Assembly (NCBI GenBank): GCA_965240325.2
Contig: OZ251252.1
Coordinates: 1-64,000, forward strand
Length of the DNA stretch: 64,000 bases
Direction: 5' to 3'
Source: Rebecca billardiae RCC1528
Lineage: Eukaryota; Protista; Haptophyta
Within the stretch, counting starts at the first letter, position 1, and every line of letters starts with the position of its first letter. Of this stretch, positions 36,547 through 47,967 are shown piece after piece. A program made the translations under genes and the position numbers. The notes under the pieces were generated by a model. That model saw only the letters and a program-made list of their open reading frames with translations, made no database searches and was not told where the DNA came from.

Positions 36547-37698
36547 GACTGTGAGCGGTGACCCGCGCCGCCGCCCGCCGCCGCCCGGCGGGCCGCACTG
36601 CTCGGATGATGCTCAGTACGACGGAACGGTATTCCGGATCGAGTCCGACGCTTGGTATGACCGCGCGCCCCATCATGCAGTATTATTAGTATTACAGTAT
36701 TCCCGTTCGTTCTGAGACAGTAGTCGTCGTATATATATATATATGCATATATATATGATTATTTTAGACGGTTTACTTATTCGTCACTTTTCGGCGGGCT
36801 TATACTGCTGTATTTCGGCAGCGGCGGCGGCGTGCCGGCGGTCCACGGCCGACTGCCGAGGCCGAGCAGCTGACGGCTCGGCTGACGCGGCGCCCCGCCG
36901 GCGGTCCGCCGGTACTACTTATATAAGCTCGCGACCGTACTCGTTACGCGGGCGGACCGTCTGGCATAAGATGAGTCGTACTAGTCGTGAGTGTAGTGAT
37001 GCATATATATTAATGGTCGTCGGATGATGGCGGCAAGTGCGCGCTGCTGCCACTGTCATGCGCGCCCACAGCTGAGCGCGCGACGTATATTATATATACT
37101 ACGACTGCGACTCCGCGGTGCCGCCGGGAGCCGTCGTACTGGCGTAGGCGGCTCCGCGCGGCGGCGCGCCGCGGACTCCCGCGGCGCCAGGCGGCAGGGC
37201 GCGACCGTGCCATCGTCAAGTCCGATCAGTGCGTCGTCATATACCGCGTCCGTCAGTCATGAGTCACTGAGTCAGGCCTCAGCCGCGGTGACGACATCAG
37301 CATATCATATATATCATCATATATCGTCATCATATATAGCAGTCGCCGCCGTGAATCGGCGGAACTACATACTGCTGAGTGCTGGCGAGGCGCGGCGCGC
37401 TCGGCCGTCAGCGCACGCTACTACGCTATAGCTGCCACGACTGGCTGACCGGGCCCGAGGACCGACGGTGAGCGCAGTCGCCGGCACTCCGTACCGTCAG
37501 GCAGTCCCGGGACTCCGCGCGTCCCGGGGCTCCGGGAGAGTCCACAATACGGCTCGTCCCCACGACCGGGACGAATACGCGCGCCGCCGCGCGGGGCTCC
37601 GGGCTGAACGCCACGGCACTCTGCAAGTAGCAGCAGACGAAGTAGTATATAGCGGACGAGATGATGCTAGCAGTCGCCGCCGCTGCCGCCGCGGCCCG

Positions 37699-38528
37699 TC
37701 ACGTGTCCTCGCCGCCCGCCACCGCCGTCAGCGTGTGCGGCGGCTGCTCGTGCTCGGCCGTGCGGCGATGGCGGCCGGCCTGCCCGGGCTCCTCCGCCGC
37801 AACACACGCCGCCATCGGCGCCACCTGGGCCGCAGCGGCGGCGCACTCTGCGAGCAGCGCGCGGATCTGCGCGATGCCCTCCGTGCTCTTGTCCACGCAG
37901 CAGCTCAGGCCCGCCGCCTCAAAGGCCGCGCGCTCGGGCGTGCCCGCGGGGTCGCCTGCGGGCGGCACGGCGCGCGCCGCAGACCACGCAGGTGTGAGCA
38001 GACCGCGCAGGTGTGGGCGCGCGCGCGGCGGGCGTGGTGCTGCGCGCGGCGGCGTGCGCGCACCGGTGAGCCCGACGATCAGCCCGTCGTACCCGGCAGC
38101 GCGCAGCTCGCGCGTCGCCTCCGTGCCGCTCTTGAGCGGCATCTGCGAGAACGGCGGGGGCGGGGCCGCGCGCACGGGGCCGGTGAGCGGCCGCTGAGCG
38201 CGAGGCGGCGGCGGCGCGCACGCGCACACAGCGGCCGTGCTACACACACGCGCGCTCGGCCCTTTGTGCGCACCTGGTTGTCCATCAGCACCAGCGCCCA
38301 GCGGTGCGGGCAGCCCAGCACGCGCTCCACCGCGTCCGCGCCGTTCTCAGCGTGCGCGTACGGCACGCCCGCGGGGCGGAAGAGGCGGCGCACCAGCGCC
38401 CAGCGCAGCAGCCGGTCGTCCTCGGCGTGCAGGACGGCCAGCCCCTCCGGCCACGCGGGCGGCGGCGCGGCGCCGAGCTTGGACGGGCCGGCGGCGCGGC
38501 CGCTGTGCGCGCTGCCGCCGCTGCCGCT

Positions 38529-38578
<50 letters not shown>

Positions 38579-41396
38579 TGCTGCTGCCGCCCTTGGGCTC
38601 GGCGCAGCCGCGCTGCCCGGCGGCGGGGCTGCTGCCGCTGGCGCTGCCGCTGCCGCCACCGCTGCTGCCGCCGCCGGTGCGCAGGCTGCTCGACAGCTCC
38701 GAGCTGCCGCCGCCGCCGCTGACGGCAGCGCCGCCGCTGCCCGCGCTGCCGCGGTGCGCGCGGCGCGCGGCCGAGTCCGTGGGCGAAGGCGCGGCGAGGA
38801 GGCGGTCGCGCGAGGAGGCGGAGCTGGAGGGGCTGGGCGGGGCGGCGGGCTGCTGCCCGCTACCCCACGGCAGCGGCAGCGTGCCGCCCCTGATCGCCGC
38901 CGCCGCCGCCGCCGCCGCCACAGCCGCCTTGGCACCGCCGTCGCCGTGCGAGCGCGCCTCGGCCGGAGCGGCGGCCGCCTCCGTCTCCATCTCGACCCAC
39001 CACGCGAGGCGTGCGCGCGGCTCGGCGCCGGCGTGCGGCCCGTCCGCCGCGTCCTCCACGACGCCGGCGGCGTGCGCGCGCCAGCGCGCCTCCGTCAGCG
39101 CCGAGCGCTTCAGCGCGGGCAGCGGCGGCGAGTCTTGCGCGGCGGCGCCGGCCGCGCACAGGCGCACGCCGCGCCGCCACGCGTCCGCGCCGCGCGCCGC
39201 CGCGCCGGGCTCGGCCGTGCCGGGCGCGCCCGCCGGCTGGCCGGCGGGCTTGGCGGGGCGCGGCGGCGTGCCACCGCCCTGCAGCACCGTGCGCGCCACC
39301 GACAGCTCCGAGCCGTCGCGCGTCGCCGCCGACAGCCGGCGCGGCTCGGCGCGCGCCGCCGCGCCCGCCGCCTGCGGCGGCGCGGCCGGCAGCGACGATC
39401 GGTGCGGCCGCGCGCCGTGGCCCAGCGCGGCCGTGCGCGCGCACGCCGCGCCGCCGCCGAGCCCGCCCGCGCGCGCGGGCAGCGGCGCCGAGCGCGCCAC
39501 GCCGCCCTCCTCGCCCGCCGCGCACCCCGGCTGCGCCGTGCACGGCAGGCTGATCGCGAACACCGCGCCGCGCCCCGCCCCGCCGCTGCTCAGCGTGAGC
39601 TCGGCGCCGCCGTGCAGCGCAATGATGCGCCGCGCCATCGCGAGCCCGATGCCCGCGCCGCCCAGCCCGCGCATCTGGCCCGCGGTGACGCCCGAGGTGA
39701 ACGGCTCCGCCGTGTTCAGCGCGCGCAGCTCGGCCTCGCCCAGCCCGGGCCCGCCGTCGCGCACCGAGATGGTCACGCGCGCGCCCCCCTCGCGCCCCTC
39801 GGAGCTCGCCTCGGCCTCGGCGCCGCCGTCCGCGTCCGCGTCCGCGGCCGGCTGCACGGCCGCGCTCACCGTGACGACCTGCCCGGGCGCGGAGTACTTG
39901 AGCGCGTTGGAGAGGCCGTGGCCGAGGCACTGCTGCAGCCGGAGCAGGTCGCCCTCCACGCGGCAGTGCCGCACGGCCGCGCCCATGTGCTCCACCACCA
40001 GCGCCACGCGCCGCGCGCTCGCCAGCCCGGCGTACGCCTCGACAGCGCCGCGCACGAGCGCGCGCAGCTCGAACGCGGTGCGCGCGAGGGAGTCGGTGCG
40101 CGCCTCGAGGCGCTCGAACTCGAGCAGGTCGGCGAGGATCGCGTCGACCAGCTCGCACGCCCCCTCGATCGTGCCCAGCCGCGCGCCCAGCTCGCGCGAC
40201 GCGGCGCGCGCGCCGCGCTGCCGCTGCCGCCGCCGATCGGGCGAGCGCAGCCGCCGCGCCGCCTCGTCCGCCGCCGCGGCGGGCAGCGCGCCGCCGTCGC
40301 GCTCGGCGCCCGGCGGGCGCGCGCCCGCCGGGCTGCTGCCGTCGGAGGAGTCGGTGCGCGCGGCCGAGCTCTCGCTCACGGCGGCACCGCCGCTGCTGCT
40401 GCCGCCGCCGCCGCCGCTCCCGCTGCCGTCGCCGCTGCTGCCGCCGCCAAAGCCGCCGCCGCCGCCGCTGCTGCTGCTGCTGCCGCCGCCCTCGCCGTCG
40501 AGCTCGCCCTCGAGCGTGAGCGCGCCGCTGTCGCACGCGTCGCGCAGCGAGCCGGCGATGGTGCTCACGGTGAGCACCGGCGTGCGCAGCTCGTGGTTCA
40601 GCATCCGGATCACCCGCGAGCGCGCGAGCACCGCCGCCCGCTCGGCGCAGCTCTCAGCGGCTGCGAGCGCGGAGTCGCGCTCGCGCTCCGCCGCGGCCGC
40701 CGCGCGCGCGTGCGCGGACGCGGCCGCGCGGAGCGCGACGAGGCGCGCGCGGAGGGCGAGGAGAACCGCGTACGCCACGCCGAGAGCCAGCGCGCGGCAC
40801 GCCCGCGCCACCGCCGGCTCGTGCGCGTCCGCGCGCCACGCGGCCGCGACGGCTGCCGCCGCGCTCGGCAGCAGCGCGGCGGCGCGCGCGCTCGGCGGCG
40901 CGCACAGCACGGAGAGCGCCGCGCCCGCGCGCGCGGCGACGGCCAGCGCGCCCGCGAGGGTCGCGCGCGCATCCAACTCCAGCGCGGCGCCGCCGCGCGC
41001 CGTCTCCACGCGCAGCGCCAGCGCGCTCAGCGCGGGTGCGGGCAGGCCGAGCGCGAGGCCGAGCAGCGCGCCGCGCGCGCGCTCGCCAAGCGCCGGACGG
41101 CTGAGGTGGAGGCCGACGAACGCGGCGGCGCCGGACGCGGCGAGCATGAGCGAGAAGTGTGCGTCGACGAGCGCCTCGCCCAGCGCCAGCGCGCCGAGCG
41201 CGCCCAGCGTGCACGCCAGCGCGAGCAGCAGCTCGGCCGTGGCCTCGGCGCGCTGCTGCTGCTGCTGCGCGCCGCCGTCCGAGCGCCGCCGTGCGCGCGC
41301 GGGACGGCCAAACTCGTCGGCCCCGGGATGGGGCTCTTCCAGAGCGCGCTCGTCGGCGCGCGCAACGTCTATATCCGCATGATCGTGTCGGCCCAT
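37699..41396 (-). CDS. Hybrid sensor histidine kinase (TM-HisKA-HATPase-REC)
   Basis: H-box MLNHELRTP, N-box GDLLRLQQCL..GLSNALKYS, G1 VRDGGPGL, G2 GAGIGLAMARRII.LHGG, receiver LHAEDD...LVLMDNQMP..SG.EATRELR. Introns at 38273-38143 and 38063-37956. Confidence 0.92.
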
Positions 41397-41791
41397 GTCG
41401 CTCGCTCGCTCGGCCGAAGGTCGAGCGGGGAGGCCGGGCGGTTGTTTGCAGGTTGGGAGAACTCAGAACTCCTCTTCGGTGGTTGGGCTTGCTGCACACG
41501 TTCGTCGAGCTTCGATCTTGTTCGCCCGTCCCAATATTGTTGAGCGGTGTTTAGCGCTTTTAGCGGAACAGTTGATATTGACTCATATTCGAGAGACAAC
41601 CATTGCCGATTGTCGATCAGCCTGAATATGGGCAAGATCAACCACCGGTTATCGGGTTGGACCACTTGATTGCTTTCCACCCAGTTTCTAAGATCTCGGC
41701 AGATCTCCTTCACCACGGGCTACGGCGTGGGTGCTACCTACTGGAAAGGGCCGGGAAGCAAGTAATCGAAGGCGAACTCATATGGGTCGTA

Positions 41792-43249
41792 TAACCGATT
41801 TCGGGCAACCGTGCTCATCAAAGTGATTCTCAAGCTGAAGTGAGACTTCAACTTCATCCCCTCTTCGGAAGTGTGTTCGGAAGCCAGCTCCTAGTTCAGA
41901 ACACCTTCGGTCCTATGAAGTCGAACGTCCTTTGCGAACGGGTCTCGCTTCGGTACCGCTTCGCAAACTTGACGACTCGGAGTGGCAAAGTCGTTCCGAA
42001 GCGAAGCCAAAGTACAGGTTCAAGGTCGAGTTGGTCAGCGGGCGGCGGCGGCGGCGAGGGCTTCTCCGGCGGCGGGGCGCGCACGGGGCACGGCGCGGCG
42101 GGAGCGGATGTGCTCGCACAGCCGGCGCGTGTGGACGGGCTGTTGTGGAAGTGCACGTGGCGCCCTCCTGCGCCGCGCGTCTTGCGCCACGCCTCTCTCG
42201 CCGCGGCTCAGGGCAGCGCGCATGCGCGCGCCGCCTCAAGGCCAGCCTAGTGCCGCGCCGCAGCCGACCGCGCGCGCGCCGTGCGCGGCGTGGCCGGGAA
42301 GGAACGGGCGCGGCTGCCGGGCGAGATGGCGACCCCACGTGTGCTCGCCATGCCGCCCCGCCACGCCTTGACGACCGTGTCGTCGGTCCGTTTGCATGCC
42401 TCTTCGGCTGGTCACAAATGGCGTGCACGGCCTCGCGGTCGTGACCCTTATCGGGACGATCATTGAGACGCAGAACGGTGCCAGACGGGCACAAGTGCTG
42501 TGCGTGCATGCGTGTCTATCACCATACGGCCATGTAGAAGGTGCGCCATGCGACGCTTTTCTCGCGCTGATGATCGTTCATCATCATCTTCTTCGAGCTC
42601 AGGTCTGGCTTGTTACGACTAGTGGTCAGCCAACTCGTCAACAGCTGTGTGGATCCGTTATTGTGCCCTTTCGCGGCGTCGCGGGGCGGCATGGCGTGCG
42701 CGTATGGCGTCGCCATCTCGCCCGGCAGCCGCGCCCGTTCCTTCCCGGCCACGCCGCGCACGGCGCGCGCGCGGTCGGCTGCGGCGCGGCACTAGGCTGG
42801 CCTTGAGGCGGCGCGCGCATGCGCGCTGCCCTGAGCCGCGGCGAGAGAGGCGTGGCGCAAGACGCGCGGCGCAGGAGAGCGCCACGTGCACTTCCACAAC
42901 AGCCCGTCCGCACGCGCCGGCTCTGCGAGCACATCCGCTCCCGCCGCGCCGTGCCCCGTGCGCGCCCCGCCGCCGGAGAAGCCCTCGCCGCCGCCACCGC
43001 CGCCGCCGCCGCACAAGCGAACCCGATTGGGCAAAGTGCTCCCAACGTGTGAAGCCAGCTTCTCAGAAGAGGGGTCACCGCTGCTTTGACACGTGTTCCG
43101 CTTCGACTTCCAAAGTGGAACGCAAACCGCAAGCTCACTTCGCTTTAGGATTCGACAGAAGCTTTGGAAGTCGAAGTCGGTTCGACTTGACTTTCCAATC
43201 TGAAGTCACACAATCAGACTTTATGAGCACGGTTGCCCGAAATCGGTGA
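41792..43249. mobile_element. Foldback TIR element 'T' (1458 bp, apparent TA TSD)
   Basis: Outer TIR T(A/C)ACCGATTTCGGGCAACCGTGCTCAT. Subterminal zones rich in CTTC/GAAG. Inner inverted arms ~42041-42367 / ~42675-43011, nearly identical to each other. TA at 41790-41791 and 43250-43251. Confidence 0.85.
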
Positions 43250-43489
43250 TAAAGTGGCGTGATACAATCATCAGTTTAAGGACATGATTGGAGCTCAGTT
43301 TAAGGACATAACTGGAGCTTTGCTTTCATCATCGACAATTGACGATATCAACCCTGCCGAAATAACGTCGTTTGCCCGGGTACGGAAAATTAGGATGCAT
43401 CATCATCATCACTGTTTCGGGCGCAGTTTGTGACAATGGTCCTTTGGTCGAATCGATATCGATTCCCGGCACGATTCCCTCGGCACAAG

Positions 43490-44498
43490 CGAATCGCCGA
43501 ATTTGCTATTCGCCGAATTCGCCGAATCGCCGTTGGAACGGCGAACGCTGCAAGCGAACGCGCATTCGGCGAATGTGGCGAAATGCCCCGATCCGGGCGG
43601 TATTGCCCTTGACCCGCGCGCCGCCGCGTGCGCGTCCGCCGCGCCGAGGCGTGCGGCGTACGACGCGAACTCGCCAAGCGGGCTGTCGAATATGACGCGG
43701 TCGGCGCTTGCGTGCCTCCGCAGCGGCGGCGGCAGCCAGTCGTCGAGCGCGGAGAGCGGGCGCGCCTGCAACTCGGCGCCGCTACGTTGCCACTAGTAGG
43801 TGGCCGCGAGCAGCTCGGCCTTGCACGCGTCGTTGACGCACAGGGTCACGCAGCGCATCTCCGCTACAAGTGTAGCAACGTGCGCTCTGACGAGGCGTCA
43901 GATGAGCGGCGCGACGACTTCTGGCGCGGGCAGCGTTGCGTGCATACGCCTAAGGTGGACTGCCGAGCAGCCGTGAACTCTCAGGCCGACGGACAGCCTG
44001 TGCGCCGGCCTTGGTGGTGGCATCGGCGAGGCTGGCGTTCACCGGGCGGCGCGGCAGACTCGAGCACAATGCTCCTTGGCACGCTTGCAGTGAGACTTGC
44101 CGCCAGCTTAGCGAAGGCTGAGGAAGCTGGCCGGGCCGAGGTCCGTGTCAAGTAAGCTCGTGCCCGACGCAAGGCGCGCATGCGGCGCGCAATGAAGATG
44201 TCTGACCCGCCGCGCGCGTCCCAGAGCTCGGCCACGTACAGGCTTCACAGCTTGGGCACGGTCCCTGGTAGTCGACGGGGTGTGCCACGCGTCATCCTGA
44301 CACTCGTAGCCTGTCAGCTCGGGTGACACATGGCGCGGAAATGTTCGCTACAGTTTACTATGATTTAACGTGCACACTTGGTTAAGGCGTGATACGCAGA
44401 AATATTCGCCATCATATTCGGCGAATTTATTCGGCGAATTCGGCGAATTCGGCGAAGCGGCGAAGGCTGAGGCCATTCGGCGAATCTGCCCATCCCTG
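43490..44498 (-). mobile_element. hAT-like element remnant with TTCGCCGAA subterminal repeats and a pseudogene cargo
   Basis: The right end reads CAGGGATGGGCAGAT on the minus strand. TTCGCCGAA/TTCGGCGAA clusters at 43495-43575 and 44405-44485. Internal minus-strand ORF with in-frame stops (HATLPAPEVVAPLI*RLVRAHV...LAATY*WQ). Left TIR not found. Confidence 0.55.
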
Positions 44499-44598
44499 GA
44501 CTGCTGCTGCCGCAATTCGAGGCCAACTAATGTTCGGAAATAGTGCTGGCGTCAGCGGCTCAGCGCCGCGAAATCGGTCAGCAGGCGATTTTCGATAT

Positions 44599-45915
44599 GG
44601 CGGGCCGTAGGTCCGCCCCTTGTAGTGCCCGGGAAAAAGATAAGAAAAAGAAAAAGGAAAAAGAAAATCGCCTAGCAAAGAAAAGAAAATCGCCTCCCTC
44701 ACTGCCGGGTCGCTTCGCTCACTACCGGGCGCCCTCGCAGCTCCCACTGGGGACGCTCGGCCGAAAACCATCTCCCCGATGGCGCGGAGCGCTTGGGCGG
44801 CGCGCGCCAAATCCAACGCCGGCGCGGACATCGCGCGAGGATTCCCTAGACGGGTTTTCGCCCGATTCGCGATTGCTGCCCTCCTCGTCTCGCGTGCAGG
44901 TCGAACGGGGGCCAAAGTCGACGCGTTTGGAGGCACGGTCGGCGCGTCGACACGATCGTGCGACCTGGGGCGGTCCTCGCCCGACTTGCACGTCGAGCGC
45001 TCGCACGAGCCATAGTATTAAGCGCTGCGCACGACAACCACCTCGCGCGATCCACCGTCGCGCGTCGGGCTCGGTGCGGAAAGGCCCTCATCACGAGGCG
45101 TCTCGCGGGCGGGAAGCGCCATCGCACGCGACGCAAGCTTTGGCGCGGCCTTCTGAACTCGATCGCCGGAAACGGCGCACCGGACTGTCGCGTGCCACAA
45201 CTTCTCAAAGCCGGGCGCATGCAAATCCGTTTGCTACAGCTGTACCAGTTCCCGGCCAAGCCGAAGGGCCGGCCCTTGTCCCGGCGATCATCTTTCGCGA
45301 TCGCGGCCAAAGATCGCTCGGCGCTCGCGGTCCCTCACAGCCGAAAGCCCACGTCCGGCCTTCAGCATGGCGTCGACGGTGACCAATGCGACGGAGGCGC
45401 AGCGCAAAGCGGCGTACGAGGGGCAGCGAACGCAGCTGCCGTGTCTGTCGCCGTGGCAGGAACCGCGTCTTGGCGAGTCGGCGGCCCTCGTCGCACAGCG
45501 CTACAGTATGACCGATCCCAGAGGCGCATCCGCCACGAGCTGAAACGCCGAGCGTGCAACATTGTCGCCCCATCCTCCACCATGGCACGAGCGCTGCGGG
45601 ACGAGGCCGACGTCGTGAAGCCAGTGGCACATGCGCTGCGCTTCCTGTGCCTGCTCGAGCAGCGCGTGCCCACCCTCGATCGCGAGTGGCACACGCTCTC
45701 GCACTGCGCGCGCGCGCACCGCCGACTCAGCTCCTGATACCGCCGAACGTGCGGGTGCCGGACCTGTCGCGCGAAGCGGCGAGCGCCGACGAGCGCTTGG
45801 ACCTGGACGCGTTGTTGCGCAGCGTGGCGGCCGTGCACGACGCCGACGCGACCTTCGCCGAGCCCATCGTGCCCGGAGCGGACATCGGCATCCTCGCGAC
45901 ACACGATCTCAGCCG
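44599..45915 (+). mobile_element. Family 'U' copy (left arm of a 3.1-kb inverted pair)
   Basis: Starts ATAT|GGCGGGCCGTAGGTCCGCCCCTTGTAGTG; homologous to the reverse complement of 46404-47720 and 7143-8482. Confidence 0.75.
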
Positions 45916-46029
45916 TGGCGGCAGCGGAGGAGATGCTGTCGCGTTATTATTCGTCAGTGAGTCAGGTAGCTCACCATCATCTGTGTGTCGCATTGTTATT
46001 CGTCATCCTGCCCGTCAAACCGCTAAATA

Positions 46030-46197
46030 AAAGGCGCGAACCCGCTGGGGAAATATTGCGACAGCACTGGCACGGCCCGCCGACCCCCCCGCCCGCCAGG
46101 GCAGAGTTTTTATTTATTAATAATTACGCGGCTTGGACCACGGCGGCTTCGCCGCTGGGGCGTGTTCACTGTCGGTATTAAACTGTGCCCTGGCGGG

Positions 46198-46233
<36 letters not shown>

Positions 46234-46286
46234 CGGCGGGCCGTGCCAGTGCTGTCGCAATGTTTCCTTTTCGGGTTCGCGTCTTT
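46030..46286. mobile_element. Small foldback/MITE (~257 bp)
   Basis: Inverted arms ~46030-46113 / ~46177-46286 sharing ATTGCGACAGCACTGGCACGGCCCGCCGACCCCCCC..GCCCGCCAGGGCA, around a ~60-bp loop. Confidence 0.8.
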
Positions 46287-46403
46287 CCACAGCATTCGTT
46301 ATTTCGCTCGTGGCCGGGTGACGGACCGAGGGCGGACCCGAGTGACAGGCTACGGGTGACTCAGTTCTCCCACGCGGTGCGGTAACCCGCGGTACGCGTT
46401 CGC

Positions 46404-47720
46404 GCGCATCAGCGAGGCCCACACCCACGAGGGAATGTGCAGCACGCGGGGCGGGGCGGGTAGCCCGTTGCTCCGCGCGAGCACGGGTACGCGCTGTATG
46501 TGCCGCATCTCGACCGCGTGGCGCAATCGAGCGCCTCGCCGCCGTCGCGAAGACGCTTGCCAATGTCCGCTCCGGGCATGATGGGCTCGGCGCAGGTCGC
46601 GTTGACATCGTACACGGCCGCCAGGCTGAGTACGAGCGCGTTGACGTTCACGCGGTCGTCGCTCTTCGCCTCTTCGACAGGTCTGGCGCCCGCGTGTTTG
46701 GCGGCACGAGGAGCTGTTGGTTGTGCGCGCACGCGCGCACAGCGACAGCGTGTGCCACTCGCGATCGAGAGTGGGCACGAGCTGCTCACGCAGGCACACG
46801 ATTCACAGCGCATCCGTCACCGGCGTGACGACGTCCGCCTCGTCCCGCAGCACCTGCGCCATGTACGAGGATGGGGCGTCGACGTTGCATGCTCGACGAT
46901 TCATCTCTCTGCGGATGGCATCACGGGCTTGTCTGTGTCGCGCTGCGGCGAGGGTCGCCAACTCGCGAAGAGTTGGTTGCTGCCACGGCGACAGACCCGG
47001 GAGGTGCGTCCGCTGCGCGTCGTACGCCGTTGGCGCTGCGCTTCCGTCGCATTGGTCACCGTCGACGCCATGCACGCCGGACGCGGGCTTCACTCGGGCT
47101 GACCGGCTGAGGGACCGCGAGCGACAGTCCGGTGCGCGGATTCCGCCAATCCATCGAGCCAGAAGGCCGCGCCAAATCTTGCGTCGCGTGCGATGGCGCT
47201 TCCCGCCCGCGAGACACCTCGTGATGAGGGCCTTTCCGCACCGAGCCCGACGCGCGGCGGTGGATCGCGCGAGGTGGTTGTCGTGCGCAGCGCTTGATAC
47301 TATGGCCCGTGCGAGCGCTCGACGTGCACGTCAGGCGAGGACCGCCCCAGGTCGCACGATCGTGTCGACGCGCCGAGCGCCACGGCCAAACGCGTCGACT
47401 AGTACTCGACTGTGGCCCCCGTTCGACCTGCACGCGAGACGACGAGGGCAGCAATCGCGAATCGGGCGAAACCCCACCTCGGGAGTCCTCTCGTGATGTC
47501 CAAGCCGGCGTTGGATCTGGCGCGCGCCACCCACGCGCTCCGCGCCATGGGCAACCCTTTTTCGGCCGAGGGTCCCCAGTGGGAGCTGCGAGGGCGCCCG
47601 TACCGATAGCCAGCGAGGCGACTTTCTTTTCTTTAATTGCGAGGCGATTTTCTTTTTCTTTTATTTATTTTCTTATTATCTTTTTCCCGGGCACTACAAG
47701 GGGCGGACCTACGGCCCGCC
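46404..47720 (-). mobile_element. Family 'U' copy (right arm of the inverted pair)
   Basis: Ends ...CACTACAAGGGGCGGACCTACGGCCCGCC at 47720; close relative of 7143-8482. Confidence 0.75.
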
Positions 47721-47967
47721 ATTATTGCCCGCCGCGATTGCATCGGAAGCCTGTGCATCATATATGATGTACCGGGAAGCGGCCGACTCGGCCGGTCCGA
47801 CGGCAGCCAGCAGGTCCGACCCGCGACACTGGCGGGCTGCGGCGCCCTGGCCGGCGGCGCCCCGGCGGCCGACCCGCCGTTCCGACTCGTGCGCCGGCAC
47901 GGCACCTCGCGCTCGTCCGCCATCACGCCGAGCGCCGCCGCGCGCGCCGGCGCTGACTGGGCGTGGG

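Noticed and set aside
37468-41543. Very long plus-strand ORFs (1304 aa and 1079 aa), plus many other Arg/Ala/Pro-rich ORFs across the window
   Set aside because: Antisense or off-frame shadows of real genes; stop codons are rare at this GC content and no domain motifs are present.
43273-43320. 24-bp direct repeat and TTCGCCGAA clusters as a possible CRISPR array
   Set aside because: Only two adjacent copies with no spacers, no cas genes, and a eukaryotic context.
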